Source of the DNA: a virus
Virus record (IMG/VR): IMGVR_UViG_3300030328_002400
Span: 1-64,000 of that record
Length of the DNA: 64,000 nucleotides
Strand: one strand, 5' to 3'
In this document: positions 60,501 through 64,000 of the stretch, one piece after another
How positions within the stretch are numbered: position 1 is the first letter of the stretch
Layout: each line of letters starts with the position of its first letter
Position numbers and translations under genes: made by a program
Notes under the pieces: model-generated
What the model was told of the DNA's origin: nothing
What the model saw: the letters and a program-made list of their open reading frames with translations, nothing else
Databases searched by the model: none

Positions 60501-61427
60501 TACTATGATCCTAAACAAATGAAAGAATATCTTAAAAAAATGTATACAATAGCAGTACCAGTAGGAGCATTTACTATGGGGGAGATGCAAGATGGAGGAG
60601 AACAAGTTCTTACTCAAGAAGACTGGGATAAGCTACCTATTATACAAATGGAAAAAGATAATACAAATGTAGAAATACCTACTCTTCCATCTAGATATGA
60701 GGTTATAGGAAAAGAAATAATGGAATCTAATAAAGTTACAGGAATTACTCCTGAATTATTATTTTCTCAAGCATGGGTAGAATCAAACTTAGACCCATCT
60801 ATAAAAAATGATAAAGGTTATATGGGATTAGGGCAGATTGGGCAAGGTGTTATAGAAGATTATAAAAAGGCTAATAAAGTTTCTGAATTAGATCCATTTA
60901 ATCCTCAAGATAATTACAATGTTCAGAACTGGTATATGAATAGGATATATAATTCTGAATGGGTTGATAAACCAAATCAATTAGATGACGTAAGATTGGC
61001 AAAAACTCTAGCAGGGTATAGCTTAGGGCCTAAGAAAGCTAGAGAATGGTTTACTAAATTTAAAAACGCAGGAAAAGATATCTATAATTCATTTGACTGG
61101 TTAGATGATTTACCTGATGAGACTAGTAAATATATTAAGATGATATTGCGGGGAGAAAATACTCAAAGAAGACCACGTGTCCAAGAGAATATCCAAGATG
61201 CTTTAATTAATGATGAGTATAAATCAATAAGAGATCTTTACTTTAAACGTAAAGGTGGTGAAAACAAAATAATTAAAATATATAGTGACTATATAAATGG
61301 AAAAGTAGTAGATGAACAAAGTGAAAAAATATATGATAAACTAAACCGGATATATTTAAAAGATGCAAGAAAGGAAGGGATGAGCGTTCCTAATTATATT
61401 ATGACTCATCTAGCAGATGATTCTTAA
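54597..61427 (+). CDS. giant polyvalent putative cargo protein (3 zincin-like HExxH domains, possible ART, SLT lytic transglycosylase)
   Basis: HETLGH/PTEMVAR, HELSH/PTEVRAR, HEFGH/PDEVRQR; ES..GYMGLGQ..AGYSLGP SLT motifs; repeated xxxGG linkers. Confidence 0.75.
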   Translation: MALTPGKAKKMLDDGTVHGRGLTDKQKRYFGAIAGGATPMKKINGGWLDKYAMGGTLPGASGMMYARTNTPEPLYTQSEMKAQKGTREFPREFPREIAIDNTAVRSIKIPPLEKPAKKPPKPDYTPLQTSPPKVLPMFSQDNRTYEQRKADEQRFADATSTNLPKGAAALTYLANPFRLIGDLYNKTVQPAATSLFSTSTLQPATGDFWTSDEVAKQLNLRNVQRQTGQISYGDQLYGNLMQGLPETGWAGLNLLGGRIIQGGLQYLPGKSVILNTLKRIPGYNYVRNTYNYFKRPLGDAVPIGREISIPSLLTRGKTPPNKLLTNPKVDADNFMQQWTNSPGFNERFYSQIKPYNPLPNVRPETIKRTLAARHRELQALESELLTYSEAGLHKALPRGKYLQQQVDDLTMEINQIYNVYYPKLAADNMKLIQSGKFPTVYSSTGFTPGSGGTYYIPHAGKPLNTLDNIFDTTNQIGNKSVVNTGGGASRNSEMLTGIHETLGHASNVGGRALGIETKSLIKGALKPNPRISKGTSEQIKSFLGPDATFDDWAKYLQEPTEMVARVMELRRQYINPKYWGTSKQYDIPDKLIDQMFRDGLSGKSKITPDFFRVIDKKGLKKLMQSLYATVPIAIGADGLLEYETPSSEIQLPKYKDGGWLDKYEVIEDDMGQLTNPGKITKINSPNITMKGVDFPVLGISDTGDKKMMQPGKDYKFDGNSVTEYPMAQGGMNIPLKTINKYGELERLTYPSSVWKDKEGNPQEVSLLDEVVVDYKGPIALAKEQMEEHGIADFLKAGYVKGKSERAYNNIVPEGYGNVAKNLDRVRRYRGDLGRDPEALWHSGPKDNKRHYTIPNREDAFRLYLGMPQVNNSFSVSDYRPGDSKDKSMVYLKPTYFNDEKIRQALVDQYYREVDDEDIKLGDKDIGNERGLPRGQWQGDGTPWPSHDNSLGDFTFHMGEDEKGTYISIYDIWDLNPFQPGKGSSVNKAADQLLEYVTSLGKKVTSKSEVSDIFEAGKPFEVYERIYIDPETRKILPQAQWGGIIKQGMKKLPKYLKKWLGKTDDVVPGPTSEVNFIDNVHKQQLDDVNRIVDYELYNAKNPPTLQDLVNHYNKQSGDVTSIYRYGFDRDRIGGTWYSSDLGDPLRYQQYGRGDGVFKADVPNDILRESYRGLVNNADAAAGKIPGLDPRFFQNSLTNFKEFKLTEGIASVFADEKFGKKTIEEYIDYLKSLKKQGGSIMAQDGLDLSGQHQKDFLKNWLHSPMGQQLLSNSYDGNENKTDFLTFRRGDVALDNVTIETGLGDFMGRYNKRPHLIQINENYLDKFAYSPGKEPKDVLLHELSHAQDYDAGLGFGKLNMPLSDVKFIEGLTKNKIKEDKKSYNLSRDEIKDLRYYGSPTEVRARLNALRYFYETDLGGGKNDEGLPSIFNSEVTPEMQETMKSHGQYRDLKKVYTDDEILQLLNTISYQDSDFNQEADKFIYARYGKELPKAQQGFFRNLIKKGGPKIMKYLDNLLGKTDEVVEVAPAAVKNYEMLPINKIDYPTHYGTTDTPGDEVITNALDILKAQGKYTDDVGFQIKDLVGENIQYLGNQGGRTIVNVPLPNGKSQMFYKSTDLAGKGTEGLWQPYAGHANILDFPGHGKVENWFIKDSGYKNWYDSKSFRDIAGNLDRIAAEQGWDMSEQILKSKLKHGGDLPKAQWGTFFKTFLKKAPKHAPKYIDNVVKPQNFDDLLKLPDDEFAKFTTMSKDTWKLIGNQKPDYQKRLMNNYKNMFTPSDDAVNIIKKSKEELISYYRTPEYRTRLTEGLKISDTEATKYIDDMIKEMDEANILFSNKKLPMDGLAQGASGSPRSTVTFTGAINDMNANQLRTLALHEFGHVSSYGKNSNLFKTFKAPKIRPRTRDTWTKGGNNDLIQYFDNPDEVRQRGIVALDYMKKNNLSIDDFMNISYDDIVRGTWDKKIPKDILELRQYYDPKQMKEYLKKMYTIAVPVGAFTMGEMQDGGEQVLTQEDWDKLPIIQMEKDNTNVEIPTLPSRYEVIGKEIMESNKVTGITPELLFSQAWVESNLDPSIKNDKGYMGLGQIGQGVIEDYKKANKVSELDPFNPQDNYNVQNWYMNRIYNSEWVDKPNQLDDVRLAKTLAGYSLGPKKAREWFTKFKNAGKDIYNSFDWLDDLPDETSKYIKMILRGENTQRRPRVQENIQDALINDEYKSIRDLYFKRKGGENKIIKIYSDYINGKVVDEQSEKIYDKLNRIYLKDARKEGMSVPNYIMTHLADDS
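54855..54884 (+). repeat. 12-bp in-frame tandem repeat
   Basis: AGAGAATTTCCT x2.5 encoding REFPREFPRE. Confidence 0.7.
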
Positions 61428-61478
61428 ACCTTAAATATTAGTGAATCTCCTTAATTATTTGTATATTAATATTATAAT

Positions 61479-63950
61479 ATGAGCAAAGTGAATTTAAACA
61501 AAATAAGTGTAAAACAACAAGGCGGACAGATGATTCCACAACAACCTGGAATGAGAAATCAAACACAACAAGTTGATCCTAGAGTACAACAAGTTAGTGA
61601 AATGATTTCTATGTCTATGAATGATGGAAAAGATATTGTTGATGTTATATTAGAATTGACTCAACAAGAAGTAGATCAGCAACTTATAGCTCAAGCACTT
61701 ATGATGGGGGGAATGCAACAAGAAGATGTTCAAACTGTATTTGAACAAGTGGCAGTAAAAGCTGAACCACCTGGTCCTTCCAGCCCATCTGAAGTAAATG
61801 CTAATCCACAATTATTAGCAAGAAATGAAGAACTAGAATCTCAACCAGTAGATGTATTAGAAGGTATAGAAACTGATCCTTTTGCAAAGTCAGGTATAGA
61901 AATTAAAAAAGAAAATAGAGGAAAGTTTACTAAATGGGCTAAAGCACGTGGTATGGGCGTACAGGAAGCTGCTAGAAAGGTTTTAGCTAATAAAGATAAG
62001 TATCCTCCATCTGTAGTAAAGATGGCTAATTTTGCACGTAATGCAGCTAAATGGAAAAAGGATGAAGGTGGTGAAATGGACTATACAGAACAAATGAGAT
62101 TAAAAGAAGGCTCATATAATAAAGGTAGAGAACATATTTTAGATCCTAGATTTAGACAAGATGGTGGTGGTGTTGATGATATTAAGGGGGTGCTTAATAA
62201 TCTAGCCGCTAGTACATATGCAGGTTATCAGGCGGTTGAACCTTATATAACTGTACAAGATGATGATGCCCAATGGCAAAAATATATAAAAAATCATCTG
62301 AATCCAGTATATTGGGCAGATAACCTTCTACAAATATCTAGTATACCTGCTAATTTGATTAGAGAAGGTATAGAAGGAATAGGTGGAAAGGGAGATGGAA
62401 AATTTAATGCGGGTGATATTTTACCAGATCTATATAATACTACCATTATGGATGAGAATGCAAACAATAAACTGGTTTCTGAAACATTAGGTATAGATAA
62501 TTTCGTGGGTGCTACATTAATAGATCTGGCATTAGATCCTACAAGTTATGTTGGTCTAGGAATACTTAAAAATCTAGGTACAAAAGGTTTAGCAAAACTT
62601 TCCAGAAAATTTCCACAACTGGTTAAACACATTCCTCAATTAGCAAAACAAGATGGTGGTGACATAAGAACTCCCAGCTTTTTAGAATGGTATGAAGATG
62701 GCGGAGATACAGATGTAAGTCAAAACTATATTAATAATGAAACAACTACTACTGGTGGTGGAATAAATTTAAGTGATTGGAATCAAAGAGCATTATTAGC
62801 TGGATCAACTAGTAATAATATATTATCAGATGCTATTTTTACTGCATCAGATATTTATAATGAATTATTTTCTGGAGAAAGAGGAATTAGTGGTTTACAG
62901 AAAGGAGCTTTGCGTGGATGGGATGAGAAAGCCAATTATAATAAAATGGTAGCACCTTTATATTATAATTGGGATCTTAATGTAGATACTTCTGATGAAA
63001 ATGTTAATGCTTTAGCAGCTTATTATAAAAAGGTTGGTGAAGATACAATAGCACAAACAGAAGCTAATCAAGCAGCAGCAGATGCTGAGATAGCAGCAAC
63101 ATATGAAGGAATGAATTTAGATGGAATAGACTTAGCTAGTATCCTTAGTGGAAAACCTGTTGTAACTGCTAAGACTAAGCAAGAATCTATAAACTCTATA
63201 GATAAAGATGGTGATGGTATTCCAGATATGATTGATATTGATGGAGGAGATGGTTCAGGTATAGCACCTAAACAATGGGGAGGTGACTTTAATCCATATG
63301 ATCCAGATTTTGATATAGCTGATTACTTACAACAGTTTACTCAAACAGATTATGTGAGAGATACTCAAAATGTAGCTGATGCACAATTACAAAAAAGATT
63401 TCCTGATTTAGGTCTTACACCTCAACAAGAACAAAATCAACAATTTGTAGATAATTTAGAAACTCAAGCTGTAAATCAAAATATTGACAATGAAGAAGAG
63501 GTGGTGGTTGAACCTACTGCTGAAGAGTTATGGGATGCAGTTAATAAACCAGAACTAGAAGCATCAAATAAACTAGAAGGAACATTGAATAGAGTTATGG
63601 ATAGTAATGTAATGAGAGGGTTTAGTAGTTTATCAGATTCTGCAGTTAAAGCAGCTGGATTTTTTAATAGATTATATGAACAAGAAGAGGCTGATAAAGC
63701 TTATGAGGATAGAGCAGACGCTCTTATGGCAGATAATCTCGTTGCTACTGTAACTAGTGATGCAGGTGATTTAGGTAATTGGAAAACAAATTGGGGATCA
63801 TTTCGTAGTACAAAAGATAGAGTTACTGGTTATGATGAATTTTTTGAACAACCAAATCTGAGAGTTGCTCAAAGAGGATTAGAAATAGAAGTAGATCAAA
63901 ATTTATTAACGGAATTGATAGCAGCAGGTGCTGATATAGAAATATTATAA
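61479..63950 (+). CDS. putative virion cargo/ejection protein
   Basis: Same xxxGG motifs; GIEIKKENRGKF..ANFARNA domain; DKDGDGIPDMIDID Ca-binding-type loop; hydrophobic/amphipathic segment. Confidence 0.6.
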   Translation: MSKVNLNKISVKQQGGQMIPQQPGMRNQTQQVDPRVQQVSEMISMSMNDGKDIVDVILELTQQEVDQQLIAQALMMGGMQQEDVQTVFEQVAVKAEPPGPSSPSEVNANPQLLARNEELESQPVDVLEGIETDPFAKSGIEIKKENRGKFTKWAKARGMGVQEAARKVLANKDKYPPSVVKMANFARNAAKWKKDEGGEMDYTEQMRLKEGSYNKGREHILDPRFRQDGGGVDDIKGVLNNLAASTYAGYQAVEPYITVQDDDAQWQKYIKNHLNPVYWADNLLQISSIPANLIREGIEGIGGKGDGKFNAGDILPDLYNTTIMDENANNKLVSETLGIDNFVGATLIDLALDPTSYVGLGILKNLGTKGLAKLSRKFPQLVKHIPQLAKQDGGDIRTPSFLEWYEDGGDTDVSQNYINNETTTTGGGINLSDWNQRALLAGSTSNNILSDAIFTASDIYNELFSGERGISGLQKGALRGWDEKANYNKMVAPLYYNWDLNVDTSDENVNALAAYYKKVGEDTIAQTEANQAAADAEIAATYEGMNLDGIDLASILSGKPVVTAKTKQESINSIDKDGDGIPDMIDIDGGDGSGIAPKQWGGDFNPYDPDFDIADYLQQFTQTDYVRDTQNVADAQLQKRFPDLGLTPQQEQNQQFVDNLETQAVNQNIDNEEEVVVEPTAEELWDAVNKPELEASNKLEGTLNRVMDSNVMRGFSSLSDSAVKAAGFFNRLYEQEEADKAYEDRADALMADNLVATVTSDAGDLGNWKTNWGSFRSTKDRVTGYDEFFEQPNLRVAQRGLEIEVDQNLLTELIAAGADIEIL

Positions 63951-63952
63951 TT

Positions 63953-64000
63953 ATGGCTAAAATTAAAATAAATAAATTACCTGAAGGTTTTGAATTAGTT
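63953..64000 (+). CDS. start of next gene (truncated)
   Basis: MAKIKINKLPEGFELV, two nt after the previous stop. Confidence 0.55.
   Translation, partial: MAKIKINKLPEGFELV

Noticed and set aside
54597-61427. Giant ORF as the crAss virion RNA polymerase
   Set aside because: No DxDxD catalytic motif context or RNAP-like blocks recognised; content is modular peptidase/SLT. RNAP genes probably lie beyond the window.
1-64000. Stop-codon reassignment (TAG or TGA), known in some crAss-like phages
   Set aside because: Core genes translate as long uninterrupted ORFs in the standard code, and TAG and TGA end genes at sensible positions (e.g. 7441, 26053, 13066, 10550).

Overview
This window is a large part of a crAss-like (Crassvirales-type) podophage genome, probably infecting a Bacteroidota host (TAnnTTTG promoters, AT-rich leaders without Shine-Dalgarno sites, standard genetic code). 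Positions 1-19160 (minus strand) carry rIIB/rIIA-like genes and a replication module: a variant UDG, primase, SSB-like protein, AAA ATPase, SF2 and DnaB helicases and a family-B polymerase. An NDP-sugar epimerase and a cytidylyltransferase are embedded in it, followed by small early genes separated by structured non-coding gaps. A G-rich divergent region lies at about 19.2-19.5 kb. Positions 19547-64000 (plus strand) carry terminase, portal, scaffold, major capsid and tail genes. They include a modular appendage kit: Thr-run linkers, a five-member GPFD module family, an intact trypsin-like protease and an apparently split tail stabilization protein. The window ends with two giant putative cargo proteins. 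The best candidate for an undescribed system is the 2276-aa/823-aa cargo pair, in which about 20 xxxGG/AQxG motifs separate effector-like domains (three zincins, a possible ART, a lytic transglycosylase), three of them followed by cationic amphipathic helices. This suggests a processed or motif-tagged effector polyprotein. All calls come from reading motifs by eye; no searches were run.
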